Below are positions 44,387 through 55,389 of a DNA stretch of 64,000 bases, piece by piece. Under the pieces are notes generated by a model. That model was not told the DNA's origin. It was given only the letters and a program-made list of their open reading frames with translations, and made no database searches. A program made the translations under genes and the position numbers. Positions within the stretch are counted from its first letter, which is position 1. Each line of letters begins with the position of its first letter. This stretch comes from an uncultured Holophagales bacterium (GTDB lineage: Bacteria; Acidobacteriota; Thermoanaerobaculia; Multivoradales; UBA5704): positions 1 to 64,000 of the forward strand of contig CAWJGT010000012.1 in the NCBI GenBank assembly GCA_963842525.1. Direction: 5' to 3'.

Positions 44387-46306
44387 GTGACCGAGCCGAT
44401 CGCCAGCCATCACGAAGAGGAGGCCCTCGGCAAGGCCTACGACGCCCGCCTGATGCGGCGGCTCCTGGCCTATCTGCGCCCCTACCGGTGGATGACCGTC
44501 GGAGCGGTCGTCCTGATGTTCCTCTCCTCCCTGCTGCAGCTCATCGGGCCGCTCGCCATGGCCGTGACGATCGACCTGTTCGTCCAGCCCGTGGCGGGGA
44601 ATGGGAGCACCGGGGAGCTCTCGACCGTCAGCCTCTTCGTCCGCGACCAGCTCCTGGCCCGGGGGATCGACCCGGCACAGGCCCCGATGCAGGGCATCGC
44701 GGCGACGGCGGCCATCTACCTGGCCAGCCTGCTGCTGGCCTTCTTCGTGCTCTTCGCCGAAGGCTATGTGATGCAGCTCATGGGGCAGTACATCATGCGG
44801 GACATGCGCCAGCAGATCTTCGCCCATCTGCAGCGGCTGCCCGTCTCGTTCTACGACCGCAACCCCATCGGCCGGCTGCTCACCCGGGTGACGACCGACG
44901 TCGACGCCCTGAACGAGCTTCTCTCGGCCGGGATCGTCGCCATCATCGGCGACATCCTGGTCCTGGCCGGCATCGTCGGCGTCCTCTTCTGGCTCGACTG
45001 GCGGCTGGCCCTGGTGTCGTTCTCCATCCTGCCGCTCCTGATGCTCCTGACCGCGTGGTTCAAGGCGCGGGTGCGCGACCGCTTCCGCGACGTCCGCGTC
45101 AAGATCGCCCGCATCAACGCCTTCCTCCAGGAGCACATCACGGGCATGCCGGTGGTCCAGCTCTTCAACCGCGAGCCGGCCGCCTTCGACGAGTTCAACG
45201 GGATCAACGCCGCCCACCGCGACGCGAACATACGCGGTGTCTTCTACTACGCCGTCTTCTATCCCGGCGTCGAGCTGATCACCGCCCTCGGCGTCGGCCT
45301 GATCCTCTGGTACGGCGGCGGCCAGGTGATCGTCGGCGCCATGTCCATCGGCGGGCTGATCGCGTTCCTGCAGTATGCCCAGCGCTTCTATCAGCCGCTC
45401 GCCGACCTGTCGGAGAAGTACAACCTCCTGCAGGGCGCGATGGCGAGCTCGGAGCGGATCTTCCGGCTGCTCGACACCGAGCCGTCGATCCTGCCGCCGG
45501 AGCGGCCGTATCTCCCGGAGCAGGTCAACGGGGCGATCGACTTCGACCGCGTCTGGTTCAGCTACAAGGCCGAGGAGCCGGTCCTCAAAGGGATCTCGTT
45601 CCAGGTCCAGCCGGGCGAGACCCTGGCGGTGGTCGGGCACACCGGCGCGGGCAAGAGCACCCTGGCCAACCTCCTGTTGCGCTTCTATGACGTCGACGAC
45701 GGCGCCGTGCGGGTGGACGGCGTGGACGTCCGCGAGTGGGAGCCGGCGAAGCTGCGGCGCAGCATCGCCATGGTGCTCCAGGACGTGTTCCTCTTCTCGG
45801 GGACGATCGCGGCCAACATCCGGCTGGGCGAGGAAGAGATCGACGAGGAGCGCATCCGCTGGGCCGCCGCGGAGGTGCACGCCCTGCCCTTCATCGAGCG
45901 CCTGCCCGGCGGCCTCGACGCCCAGGTGCGCGAACGCGGCGCCGGCCTCTCGGTCGGCCAGAAGCAGCTCATCGCCTTCGCCCGCGCCCTGGCCTTCGAC
46001 CCGCGCATCCTGATCCTCGACGAGGCGACCTCCTCGATCGACACCGAGACCGAGCAGCTCATCCAGAAGGCGCTCGACCGGTTGCTCGTCGGGCGGACCA
46101 GCATCGTCATCGCCCACCGCCTCTCGACCATCCAGCAGGCCGACCGCATCCTGGTCATGCACAAGGGGGAGATCCGCGAGCAGGGCACCCACCAGGAGCT
46201 TCTCGCCCTGCGTGGCATCTATTACCGGCTCTACCTCCTCCAATACAAGGACCAGGAGCTGGAGCGGCGGACCACGCCGCACGAATCGCTGACGGTCAAC
46301 GCCTGA
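44387..46306 (+). CDS. ABC exporter, fused permease/ATPase (MdlB/MsbA-like)
   Basis: TM domain, GHTGAGKST, LSVGQKQ, ILDEATS, IAHRLST. Confidence 0.93.
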   Translation: MTEPIASHHEEEALGKAYDARLMRRLLAYLRPYRWMTVGAVVLMFLSSLLQLIGPLAMAVTIDLFVQPVAGNGSTGELSTVSLFVRDQLLARGIDPAQAPMQGIAATAAIYLASLLLAFFVLFAEGYVMQLMGQYIMRDMRQQIFAHLQRLPVSFYDRNPIGRLLTRVTTDVDALNELLSAGIVAIIGDILVLAGIVGVLFWLDWRLALVSFSILPLLMLLTAWFKARVRDRFRDVRVKIARINAFLQEHITGMPVVQLFNREPAAFDEFNGINAAHRDANIRGVFYYAVFYPGVELITALGVGLILWYGGGQVIVGAMSIGGLIAFLQYAQRFYQPLADLSEKYNLLQGAMASSERIFRLLDTEPSILPPERPYLPEQVNGAIDFDRVWFSYKAEEPVLKGISFQVQPGETLAVVGHTGAGKSTLANLLLRFYDVDDGAVRVDGVDVREWEPAKLRRSIAMVLQDVFLFSGTIAANIRLGEEEIDEERIRWAAAEVHALPFIERLPGGLDAQVRERGAGLSVGQKQLIAFARALAFDPRILILDEATSSIDTETEQLIQKALDRLLVGRTSIVIAHRLSTIQQADRILVMHKGEIREQGTHQELLALRGIYYRLYLLQYKDQELERRTTPHESLTVNA

Positions 46307-46392
46307 CCGCTTGACTCCCTCCCGCCGGTTCCCTAGCATCGCTGTAACGGATTCCCGCGACGCCGTCGCGATCCCTTGGAAGGAGATCTCTG

Positions 46393-46896
46393 GTGCGAGC
46401 CGTGGACGACGAGCCGATCGTTCCTGTGGAGAACGAATTCACCCGCGACTTCTTCGCTTGGGTTGGCGAGCAGAAAGAGCTGCCGAAGATGGCTGATACG
46501 GGCGGAGCATGGTCCGTCGCGGAGGTCCCGGGTCAGGGCTTTTGTGTCTTCCGGGAGGGCGAGAGCGAGCCGCTCGCCGTCTGCGAAAAGGAGTCCGGAG
46601 CCTTTCTGACCGCGGCCGTCCTCATTGCCCAGTCCATGCTCGAGGGCGCGGTCTACCGCTTGCTGCGAGAGCCCGACGCGTCCGGTCAGTACCCGATCGT
46701 CGATCAGGACGGCCAGGTGGTGGGGAGCTCCGAAACCCTGGATGAGGACGGCGAGAAGCTCGTCAAGGCCATGGGGCTCGTCGAGCGGCTGCAGAAGTCA
46801 CCGGAGGCCCTGGCTTTCCTCCTGCGAGCCGGTGGCAGCCGCGCTCTGGAGCACGCCGGAGCGGTCCTCGCCCGGCGCACCGAGCACCAGCCATGA
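46393..46896 (+). CDS. Hypothetical protein
   Basis: RBS AAGGAG; ATGA overlap with the downstream GNAT gene. Confidence 0.65.
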   Translation: MRAVDDEPIVPVENEFTRDFFAWVGEQKELPKMADTGGAWSVAEVPGQGFCVFREGESEPLAVCEKESGAFLTAAVLIAQSMLEGAVYRLLREPDASGQYPIVDQDGQVVGSSETLDEDGEKLVKAMGLVERLQKSPEALAFLLRAGGSRALEHAGAVLARRTEHQP

Positions 46897-47435
46897 TCCG
46901 CGGCCGGACCATCCATCTGCGCGTCATCCAGGAGAGCGATCTCGACGCCGTTCTCGCGTCCGAGAACGACCTCGCACGAAGAGGGGACTTCGTGATCAAC
47001 CGGCTGCGGGCGGAGCCGGCTTTTCGCAAGGAGTTCCAGGAAACCGGATTCCTGACCGAGGAGGCCGGCAAGCTGCTCGTCGTGGATGGAGAGGATCGGG
47101 TCCTGGGCAATGTGGGGTACTTCCGCCCGGAGCCCTACATGGACGGCTACGAGCTCGGCTTCTATGCCTTCGATCCCGCCCGGCGCGGCCAGGGAATCAC
47201 CACCGAGGCCGTCGGCCTGCTGGTGGACTGGCTCTTCTCGACGAAGAAGATCAACCGCCTGCAGCTCGGCATCCTCACCGAGAACACGGCCTCCAAAAGG
47301 GTGGCCGAGAAGAGCGGCTTCCGCTTCGAGGGAGTCCTGCGCGGCGCGATCTTCCTGCGGGGAGGGAACCACGATCTGGAGATGTGGTCGCTCCTGCGCA
47401 GCGAATGGGAGGCACGGAGGAAGTCCGAGGCTTGA
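46893..47435 (+). CDS. GNAT acetyltransferase (RimJ/RimL family)
   Basis: RGQGITTEAV, NTASKRVAEKSGF..EG. Confidence 0.88.
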   Translation: MIRGRTIHLRVIQESDLDAVLASENDLARRGDFVINRLRAEPAFRKEFQETGFLTEEAGKLLVVDGEDRVLGNVGYFRPEPYMDGYELGFYAFDPARRGQGITTEAVGLLVDWLFSTKKINRLQLGILTENTASKRVAEKSGFRFEGVLRGAIFLRGGNHDLEMWSLLRSEWEARRKSEA

Positions 47436-47468
47436 GGCAGGCGTTCACCCCCGCGATATCCTCTCCCC

Positions 47469-50400
47469 ATGCCGTTGCAGCTCAGTCTGTTTGACCGCCT
47501 CGAGCGTCCGCACGAGCCGGGCCAGGTGCTGGTGGCGCGGGGGCCTCGCGCGGCGGAGGCGATGCTGCTTGCCCGGATCGAGGCGCTGGTTGCCGCGGCG
47601 CGGAAGGACCCTTCTCTGCTCGCCCGGCCGGTGCGGATCGTTGTGCCCTCCCGCAGCCTCCGTGCTCATGTCGGAGCGGCGATCGTGCGCTCGCGTGGGC
47701 GATCGGTGGCGGGGCTCACAGTCCAGACCCTCTTCGGCCTCGCCTGCGAGGTGCTGGAACGGGGCGGCGAGCCGGCGCCTCGCGGCATGCCGCTCTTCGA
47801 CGTGCTTGCGCAGCGCTTGGCGCGGGCCGAGCCGGCTCTGCGCAAGGGGCTCGAAGGGCTGGTGGACGGCTATGCCGCCGTGATCGGTACGGTGCGCGAC
47901 CTCGTCGACGCCGGTCTGGAGCCGGAGCTTGCCGATGCGGTCGACGAGGCCCTCGCCACCGACGGACCGCGGGCCGCCGGACGGTCCGAGGTCGAGCGGG
48001 CCCGCGCTCTCGTGCGGGTGGCGGCCCACGCGGAAGATCTATTGCGCGGCCTCGGCCTCGGCCGCACCTCGACGCTCCTCCGCAAGGCCGCCGACCTTCT
48101 GACCACAGAGCCCGACCGCGCCCTGCCGGCCCGCGCGGTCCTGATCCACGGCTTCGCCGATGCCACGGGGGTGGCCAGCGATCTCCTCCAGGCCCTGCTC
48201 CGCAACGGCGCCACCCTGGTGCTCGACCAGCCGCCTGTCCACTCCCTGTCCCCCGATACGAGGGATGGGGGGAATGGGGTCGAACGCGCCTTCACCGAAC
48301 GCCTCTCCGAGCGGCTGGCCGGCGTCTCCCGGTTCGTGCCTCCGCCGCCGGAGCCGGCCGAGGCTCCTGTTCCCCGGATCGAGCGCTTCGAGGCGGCCGG
48401 CGTCGAGGCCGAGATGCGTGAGCTGGCCCGCCGTGTCCGCGCGGTCCTCGACGGCGGCGCTCGGCCCGAAGGCATCGGCGTCGTGGCGCGCGACCTGTCT
48501 CCTTATGCCCTGTCACTGCGCCGGGCCTTTCGCCGCCTCGGCATCCCGTTCTCGGGCGTGGGCGCGCGGGCGGCCCTCCAGCCGGCCGGCCGCGGTGTCC
48601 GGGCCTTCCTCGAGCTGCTGCGGCGTGGCGAGGAGGTGCCGTCCGACCGCTGGCTCGACGCCGTGGCCTCGCTCGCGCTCCCGGCCTCCGCGGGCACAGG
48701 CGGCCGGCCGACCCGGCGCAAGCTTGGCGGCCTGTTGGTCGACCTCCGGCTCGCCTTCTACGCCCTTGGCGCCGGGCGTCTCCGCGACGTCGCCGAGCTG
48801 CAGATCGATCCCTTTCTGAAAGAGGGCTTGTATCCGCTGCCGATCCGCCAGGGCCTGCGGTCGCCGGCCGGCAAGGACAAGGAAGAGGGAGAGGAGGGGG
48901 ACGACCGGGAGGCCTATGCGGCCCGGCGGCGGATCGACGGCGAGCTGATCCGTGCCGCGGTGCGCGCCGCCGGCCGCGTCCTGGAGCGGTTCGCCGGCTG
49001 GCCGGACGAGGCGAAGGCAAGCCAACACTTCCGGCGCCTGCGGGCGCTGCTCACCCAGGACCTGGGGTGGAGCCCGGGCTCGGAGCTGGGGGAGCCGATC
49101 CTGGCAGGCGTCGCGGAGCTGGAGCGCGAGATCCCCGGCCACATCCCCCTCAACCGCTGCGACCTCCGGCTCCTCCTCACCCGGGCGTTGGCCGGCGCGG
49201 GCCAGGACATGCTGGGCGGCGTGGGCGGCGGCGTCCAAGTGCTTACGGCGACCGAGGCGCGCGGCCGGACGTTCGAGCAGCTTTTCGTCGCCGGCCTCAA
49301 CCGCGACCTCTTCCCGCGCGTCGTGCGCGAAGACCCGCTGCTGCCGGACGAGCTGCGCCGGGTCCTCCGCCGGGTCCTGCCCGACGTGCCGGTCAAGAGC
49401 GCCGGGTTCGACGAGGAGCGCTACCTCTTCGCCCAGCTCCTGGCGGCGAGCCCCGCAGTCACCCTCTCCTGGCAGTCCGCGGACGCCGACGGCCGGCCGC
49501 TTTCCCCTTCGCCTCTGCTGCGCGGGGCGCGCGGAGCGGAGAAGGCGCCGCCGGTCTGGTCGCTGCGTGGCGGGACGCTCCGGCCGGCGGACGAGCACGC
49601 CGTGCTCGCCGCGCTCTATGGCCCGCGGCAGGGCTTCGGGCCAATCCTGGCGCTGGCGCTGGAGGAGGCCCTCTCCCCCCCGGCCCCCCTCTCCCGTGCG
49701 TCCTCCGGCCCCCACCCCGAACGGGAGAGGGGGGAGAAAGGCAAAGACCCGGTAGAGCTTGCTGCGGTGCGCCTTGCGGTGCTGGATGAGATGGATCCCG
49801 ACCTGCGGACACCTGAGGGGCGGGCGGCTCGGTCCCGGCTCGGCCCCTATTTCGGCTTCCTCGGCGCTCTTGGGCCTGGCCCGGACCCTCGGCACATGGA
49901 GATCCATGTGACCCATCTGGAGGCCCTGGCCGCCTGTCCGTGGCAGCTCTTCCTCGGCCGCCTGCTCCGCCTGGAGCCCACGCCCGACCCGCTCGCCTCC
50001 CTGCCGGGGGCCGATCCGCTGCTCCTCGGCAACCTGGTGCATTCGGTTCTCGAGAAGATCGTGCAGGAGCCTTTGCTGGCTCAGGGAGCTGGCGTGGGTG
50101 TCCCCTGGCCGCCGGAGGCCGACCTCGACCGCCTGCTCCGCGCGGAGGCCACACGCCTGCTCGCGGCCGAGGGGATCACGCTGCCCGGGCTCGCCCGCGC
50201 GCTGGCCGACCGCGTCCTCCCGATGCTGGTGGCCGCGCGCGATGCGGACTGGGGGCCGCTCGGCGCGGTCGTCCCGGTGCTGCGGGCCGAGGCGAGCGAG
50301 GCGCTCTCCCTGCGCGATGCCGCCGGCCGGCTGCGCACGGTCCGCTTCCGGGCCGACCGGGTCGACCTGGCCGCGGAGGGGCTGCGGTTCACCGATTACA

Positions 50401-50912
50401 AGACCGGCAAGCCGATCTCCACGGCGCGCAAGCCGGAGGCCCGCCGGAAGCACTTCCTGGACCGGGTGAAGGCCGGCACGCACCTCCAGGCCGTGGCCTA
50501 TCTGCTGGCGGCCCAGGGCGAGCCCGCGCTGGGCCGCTACCTTTATCTGAGACCGGACGTGGAGGACCGGGAGATTGGGGTGACCGACGGCGACCGCGAC
50601 TTCGCCGCGGCCTTCGAGGCCGCCGCGACCGCGGCGCTCGCGGCCTGGGACGCCGGCAGCTTCTTCCCCCGCGTAGTTGATCCCTCCGGCCGGGACGAGC
50701 CTCCCCGCTGCTCCTGGTGCGCGGTGGCCGAAGCATGCCTGCGCGGCGACTCCGGAGCGCGGCTGCGGCTGTTCGAGTGGAATGAGCGGAACGGGCAGAA
50801 CGGGCGGCCGGAGGCCCTCGGTTCCGCCGAAGAGGCCCTGCTGCGCGTCTGGCGCCTGCCTGCCAAACCGGGCCGCGCGGCAGGTGAGCCGGGAGAGGAG
50901 CCCGAAGCGTGA
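47469..50912 (+). CDS. AddB/RexB-like subunit: inactive helicase + PD-(D/E)XK nuclease with Fe-S Cys staple
   Basis: EERYLF, ACPWQ...CSWC...C, RADRVD, TDYKTG; GTGA overlap with the addA-like gene. Confidence 0.85.
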   Translation: MPLQLSLFDRLERPHEPGQVLVARGPRAAEAMLLARIEALVAAARKDPSLLARPVRIVVPSRSLRAHVGAAIVRSRGRSVAGLTVQTLFGLACEVLERGGEPAPRGMPLFDVLAQRLARAEPALRKGLEGLVDGYAAVIGTVRDLVDAGLEPELADAVDEALATDGPRAAGRSEVERARALVRVAAHAEDLLRGLGLGRTSTLLRKAADLLTTEPDRALPARAVLIHGFADATGVASDLLQALLRNGATLVLDQPPVHSLSPDTRDGGNGVERAFTERLSERLAGVSRFVPPPPEPAEAPVPRIERFEAAGVEAEMRELARRVRAVLDGGARPEGIGVVARDLSPYALSLRRAFRRLGIPFSGVGARAALQPAGRGVRAFLELLRRGEEVPSDRWLDAVASLALPASAGTGGRPTRRKLGGLLVDLRLAFYALGAGRLRDVAELQIDPFLKEGLYPLPIRQGLRSPAGKDKEEGEEGDDREAYAARRRIDGELIRAAVRAAGRVLERFAGWPDEAKASQHFRRLRALLTQDLGWSPGSELGEPILAGVAELEREIPGHIPLNRCDLRLLLTRALAGAGQDMLGGVGGGVQVLTATEARGRTFEQLFVAGLNRDLFPRVVREDPLLPDELRRVLRRVLPDVPVKSAGFDEERYLFAQLLAASPAVTLSWQSADADGRPLSPSPLLRGARGAEKAPPVWSLRGGTLRPADEHAVLAALYGPRQGFGPILALALEEALSPPAPLSRASSGPHPERERGEKGKDPVELAAVRLAVLDEMDPDLRTPEGRAARSRLGPYFGFLGALGPGPDPRHMEIHVTHLEALAACPWQLFLGRLLRLEPTPDPLASLPGADPLLLGNLVHSVLEKIVQEPLLAQGAGVGVPWPPEADLDRLLRAEATRLLAAEGITLPGLARALADRVLPMLVAARDADWGPLGAVVPVLRAEASEALSLRDAAGRLRTVRFRADRVDLAAEGLRFTDYKTGKPISTARKPEARRKHFLDRVKAGTHLQAVAYLLAAQGEPALGRYLYLRPDVEDREIGVTDGDRDFAAAFEAAATAALAAWDAGSFFPRVVDPSGRDEPPRCSWCAVAEACLRGDSGARLRLFEWNERNGQNGRPEALGSAEEALLRVWRLPAKPGRAAGEPGEEPEA

Positions 50913-53900
50913 GCGGCCGGGTCGTCCTCGGCCGCTTCGGCCCGCCGCGCGGAGAGTCGCTGCGGGTCATCGACCGGCAGGCGCGCCGGGAGGCGCAACG
51001 CCGGTTCGACCGGCCGCTGATCCTCCAGGCCGGCGCCGGCACGGGCAAGACCACCACCCTGGTGGCCCGGCTCCTCGCCTGGACCCTGGGCGCCGGCTGG
51101 AACCGGGTGCTGGAGCGCCGGGCCGCGCGGCCTGCCGCCCTTCCCGTGCTCCGTCCCGAGGGCGAGGCGAGCCCGGAGCGCACCGCCGCCGACGTGCTGC
51201 GCGGCGTGGTGGCCATCACCTTCACGGAGGCCGCCGCCGCCGAGATGGCGAGCCGGGCCGCGCGCGAGCTCGGCGTCCTCGCCCAGGAGCCGCCCGAGCG
51301 CTGGCCCGGCTGGCTCGACGTCGAGGTCCTGCCGCCGCCCGAGGAGACCGCCCGCCGCGCCCGCGCCCTCCTCGGCGCCCTCGACCATCTGGCCGTGCGC
51401 ACCATCCACGCCTTCTGCCTCGGCCTCCTCGCCGAGCATCCGCTGGAGGCCGGGGTCCATCCGAGCCTCATGGTCGACGCCGAAGGCCGCCTTCTCGAAG
51501 AGGTCGTCCGCGAGGTGGTCGAGGGCATGCTGCGCGAGGGTTACGGGACTCCGGGCGATCCGCACCTCCTGGGGCTCGCCACCCGCGGCTTCGGACCGCA
51601 GGAGGTCGCCGAGGCCCTGTTCGAGCTGGCCCGCGTGGGGCTGCCGCCCGCGGTGCTCGACGAGGATCCCTTCGGACCGGGGCCGATCGCGGACTTCCGC
51701 GAGCGCCTCACCCTGGCCGCCGGGCAGGTCTACGAGCGGATCGCGCCGCGCCTCGGCGGACCCGAGGGCAAGATCCGCAACGCCCGCGAGATCGAGCGCA
51801 GTCTTTCCACCTTGATCGAGCGGCTGACCCGCGAAGAGGACCAGGACGCAGGCCTTCAAACGCTCCGCGTCTGGGTGAGCGAGCTGCTCCCGGGCAATCT
51901 CGTGGGCCATCTCAAGAAATGGGGAAAATCGGATCTGAGCGCCACCGAGGCGAGCCTCCTGGGCGAGGTGCGCGACGAGCTGGCGGCCGGGTCCGCCGTC
52001 CTCTGCCGGCTGGTGGACCATCTGGGCAAGATCGACCCCGAGCTGCTGGAGCACGGTCGCCGCGCCCTCGGTCCGCTCCTCGCCGGCGTCGAGCGCGAGC
52101 TCCATGCCCGCGGCATCGCCACCTTCGACGCCCTGCTCACCGGTGCGGCCTCGCTCCTCGCCAGCCACCCCGAAGTCCGTTCGCGGGTGCGAAGAGGGAT
52201 CGACCAGCTCCTGGTCGACGAATTCCAGGACACCGACCGGGTGCAGTGCGACATCCTGCGCTGGATCGCCCTCGAAGGTCCGCGGGACGAGCGCCCCGGC
52301 CTCTTCCTCGTCGGCGATCCCAAGCAGTCGATCTATGGCTGGCGCAGTGCCGACCTGCGCGCTTACGACGGCTTCGTCGAGCTGGCGCGCAAGCACGGCG
52401 GCGAGGTGATGCCGCTGGTCGAGAACTTCCGCTCCGTGCCGGCCATCCTTGCCGAGGTGGCGCGTGTCGTCGAGCCGGTGATGCGCCACCAACCCGGCGT
52501 CCAGCCGCCCTTCGAGCCGCTCCTCCCCTGCGAGCGGCGGCAGGAAGATCCCGGTTTCGTCCGCGGCGGCCCCGCGATGCCCCGGGCCGCCGTGGAGCAC
52601 TGGGTCTCCTGGACCGCGGAAGACGGCGCGCCCGGGCCGGGGCGAGGCAGGGCGGTCGATCGGGTCGAGCTGGAAGCCGCGGCGCTCGCCGCCGACATCC
52701 GGGCCCTGCACGACGAGGAGCAGGTGCCCTGGAAGGACGTTGCCATCCTGCTGCGCGGCACCGGCGACCTCGACCTCTACCTCGAAGCTCTCCGCCGCGC
52801 CCACGTCCCCTTCGCCGTGGGCCGCGACAAGCAGTACTACCGCCGGCGCGAGGTCATCGAGGCCTCGGCCCTGGTGCGCGCAGTCCTCGACGCGGGCGAC
52901 CACCTGGCCCTGCTGACCGTCCTCCGCTCGGCCGTGGTCGGCGTTCCCGACGCGGCCCTGATCCCCCTCTGGCGGCGGGACTTCCCGAAGCACATGACCG
53001 AGCTGCGGGGCAGCGACGCCCGCCTGCCGGAGCGCCTGGCCAGGGTCCGCGAGGCGATCGAGGCGGCGGCGCGCGAGGTGCCGCAGGACGTGCCGGGCAT
53101 CGACCGGGTCCGCGGCTGGGAGAAGGGGCTGCTCGCGGCGGTCGAGCACCTGGCGATCCTGCGGCAATCATTTGAAACTGAGCCGGCGGACCTCTTCGTG
53201 GAACGGCTGCGCAGCCTTTTCCCGATCGAGGCCGTGGAAGCGGCCCGCTACCTCGGCCCATACCGGCTGGCCAACCTGGATCGCTTCTTCCGCCAGCTCC
53301 AGGGCGCCGTCGAAGAGGGCGGCGGCGACCTCACGGCGATCCTGCGCGCCCTGCGCCGCAGCGTGGCCGAGGCGCGCGAGGCCGAAGAGGGGCGTCCGCA
53401 GGAGGGAGCCGAGGACGCGGTCCAGGTGCTCACCATCCACGGCGCCAAGGGGCTGGACTTCGGCCACGTCTATCTGGCCCAGCTCCACAAGCCGCCGCGT
53501 CCCGAAGGCATCAACAAGACCGAGGCCGGCCGGCTCGCCGACGGCGGCATCGAGGTCCGCCTGTTCGGCGCGCCCACCCTAGGCTTCGACCGGGTCGAGG
53601 CCGAACGGCGAGAGGTCGAAGCCGCCGAGCGGGTGCGCACGCTCTATGTAGCCATGACCCGGGCCAAGGACCGTCTGGTCCTGGCCGCCGCCTGGCCGGA
53701 AGAGCCGGCCGCGCCGAGGTCCGTCGAGCACAGCCGCACCCATCTCGATCTCCTTCTCGCGCGGCAGGACCTCCCCGTCGAGCCGCTGGCCGTCCTGTGG
53801 GACAGGGGCCGGGCCGGGCAGGCCCCCGCGTTCGAGGACCCGGCCGGCGCCCTCTGGAAGTTCCCGGCGCACTGGCCCGCTCTACAGGATGGTGGAGGCC

Positions 53901-54685
53901 CGTTGCCCGAGAGGGACGGCGCCGGTCTTCCCGGTCCTGGCGAGGTCGCCCGCGCCTCGGCGCAGCTCGCCGGGCACCGAGCCGCGGCAGCGGCCCGCAT
54001 GGCGCGTCCCTGGGGAGCCGCCGCGTCCGAAGAGGCCCATGCACTTCTACGCGAAGAGCAGGCCGAGCGCCGCCTGGCCTCGGACGGCAAGGCCGCGCCC
54101 GCCGGAGAGCCCCCTGAGGAGCAGAGCGCCGAGCCCGCGGCATCGACTCCGATCGACCGGGAGACCGCCATGGCCGTGGGCAGCGCGATCCATCGTGTCC
54201 TGGAGACCTGGGACCTCGCCGCGGACCCGCGCCGCGAGCTGGCCCGCCAGCGTTCGCTCCTGCCCGCCTGGCTCGCCCCATTGGCCCGCGGCGAGGTCCT
54301 GGAGAAGGCCCTCCCGCACGCCGACCGTCTCCTCGACCACCTCGGAGGCAGCCGTCTCCTGGAGCGCCTGCGGACCCTGCGCGACCACGTCCTCGCCCGC
54401 GAGCTCGCGGTCCTCTTGCCCCCCTGGGAAGGCCCTCACGCTCCGGTCGGAGCCGTCACCGGAGCCGTCGACCTCCTCTACCGCGACCCCGACACCGGCC
54501 GCCTCGTCGTGGCCGACTACAAGACCGACGAGGTCACCGCCCCCGAAGACCTCCAGCGCCGCGCCCAGACCTATGCCCCGCAGGGAGCCACCTACGTCCG
54601 AGCCCTCCGCGAAGCCCTCGACCTCGCCGAGCCGCCTCGTTTCGAGCTCTGGTTCCTGCAGGCTGACCGGGTGGTGGAGGTTTAA
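50909..54685 (+). CDS. AddA/RecB-like UvrD helicase-nuclease
   Basis: AGAGTGKT, VDEFQDT, VGDPKQSIY, ENFRS, TIHGAKGL, LYVAMTRA, GAVDLL..DYKT. Confidence 0.9.
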   Translation: MSGRVVLGRFGPPRGESLRVIDRQARREAQRRFDRPLILQAGAGTGKTTTLVARLLAWTLGAGWNRVLERRAARPAALPVLRPEGEASPERTAADVLRGVVAITFTEAAAAEMASRAARELGVLAQEPPERWPGWLDVEVLPPPEETARRARALLGALDHLAVRTIHAFCLGLLAEHPLEAGVHPSLMVDAEGRLLEEVVREVVEGMLREGYGTPGDPHLLGLATRGFGPQEVAEALFELARVGLPPAVLDEDPFGPGPIADFRERLTLAAGQVYERIAPRLGGPEGKIRNAREIERSLSTLIERLTREEDQDAGLQTLRVWVSELLPGNLVGHLKKWGKSDLSATEASLLGEVRDELAAGSAVLCRLVDHLGKIDPELLEHGRRALGPLLAGVERELHARGIATFDALLTGAASLLASHPEVRSRVRRGIDQLLVDEFQDTDRVQCDILRWIALEGPRDERPGLFLVGDPKQSIYGWRSADLRAYDGFVELARKHGGEVMPLVENFRSVPAILAEVARVVEPVMRHQPGVQPPFEPLLPCERRQEDPGFVRGGPAMPRAAVEHWVSWTAEDGAPGPGRGRAVDRVELEAAALAADIRALHDEEQVPWKDVAILLRGTGDLDLYLEALRRAHVPFAVGRDKQYYRRREVIEASALVRAVLDAGDHLALLTVLRSAVVGVPDAALIPLWRRDFPKHMTELRGSDARLPERLARVREAIEAAAREVPQDVPGIDRVRGWEKGLLAAVEHLAILRQSFETEPADLFVERLRSLFPIEAVEAARYLGPYRLANLDRFFRQLQGAVEEGGGDLTAILRALRRSVAEAREAEEGRPQEGAEDAVQVLTIHGAKGLDFGHVYLAQLHKPPRPEGINKTEAGRLADGGIEVRLFGAPTLGFDRVEAERREVEAAERVRTLYVAMTRAKDRLVLAAAWPEEPAAPRSVEHSRTHLDLLLARQDLPVEPLAVLWDRGRAGQAPAFEDPAGALWKFPAHWPALQDGGGPLPERDGAGLPGPGEVARASAQLAGHRAAAAARMARPWGAAASEEAHALLREEQAERRLASDGKAAPAGEPPEEQSAEPAASTPIDRETAMAVGSAIHRVLETWDLAADPRRELARQRSLLPAWLAPLARGEVLEKALPHADRLLDHLGGSRLLERLRTLRDHVLARELAVLLPPWEGPHAPVGAVTGAVDLLYRDPDTGRLVVADYKTDEVTAPEDLQRRAQTYAPQGATYVRALREALDLAEPPRFELWFLQADRVVEV

Positions 54686-54722
54686 GAGGGTGTCTCAAAA
54701 GGTTTGCGGCGGCCCCGAAAGA

Positions 54723-54778
54723 CCCTCACCCCCGGCCCCTCTCCCATCCGCACTCACACCCGCCCGGGAGAGGGGGAG
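54723..54778. repeat. REP-like palindrome (CCTCACCCCC family)
   Basis: CCCTCACCCCCGGCCCCTCTCCC...GGGAGAGGGG. Confidence 0.75.
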
Positions 54779-54867
54779 CCCCCACCCAGGAGCGGTTGCC
54801 GTGTGGTATGCCCTCTCTGTGCACATCCACGTGCAGTAGAGGCGGTCACCGGCGATAGACTCCAGGC

Positions 54868-55389
54868 ATGCGGCTGGAAACGGAGCGGCTGGTCCTGCGG
54901 CCGTGGCAAACGGGCGATGAGAAGGCCATCATCCGCCATGCCAACAACTGGAACGTCTGGATCAACCTGCGGGACCTCTTCCCGTACCCGTACACGCTGG
55001 AGCACGCGCAGGAGTGGATCGTGCGGTGCTCGGTGACCGGCGACTTGCCGCACAACCTGGCTCTGGTGCACCAGGGGGAGCCGATCGGCAGCGTGGGGCT
55101 GAGCCCGATGACGGACGTGGCCCGTTTCACTGCGGAGATCGGCTACTGGCTCGGCGAGGCCTTCTGGGGGCGCGGCCTCGCCACCGAGGCGCTCCGCCGT
55201 TTCTCCGACTATGCGTTCGAGAGTTTCTCTTTCGAGCGCCTGGAGGCCTGGATCTTCGCGAGCAACCCGGCCTCGGGGCGGGTCCTCGAGAAAGCCGGCT
55301 ACGAGCTCGAGGCGACGCTGCGGCGCAGCTCGTTCAAGGACGGCCGGTTCCTCGACAGTCACGTCTATGCGCGGTTCCGGCCGCGCTAG
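54868..55389 (+). CDS. GNAT acetyltransferase (RimJ/RimL family)
   Basis: LETERLVLR, EIGYWL..WGRG.ATEA, NPASGRVLEKAG. Confidence 0.9.
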   Translation: MRLETERLVLRPWQTGDEKAIIRHANNWNVWINLRDLFPYPYTLEHAQEWIVRCSVTGDLPHNLALVHQGEPIGSVGLSPMTDVARFTAEIGYWLGEAFWGRGLATEALRRFSDYAFESFSFERLEAWIFASNPASGRVLEKAGYELEATLRRSSFKDGRFLDSHVYARFRPR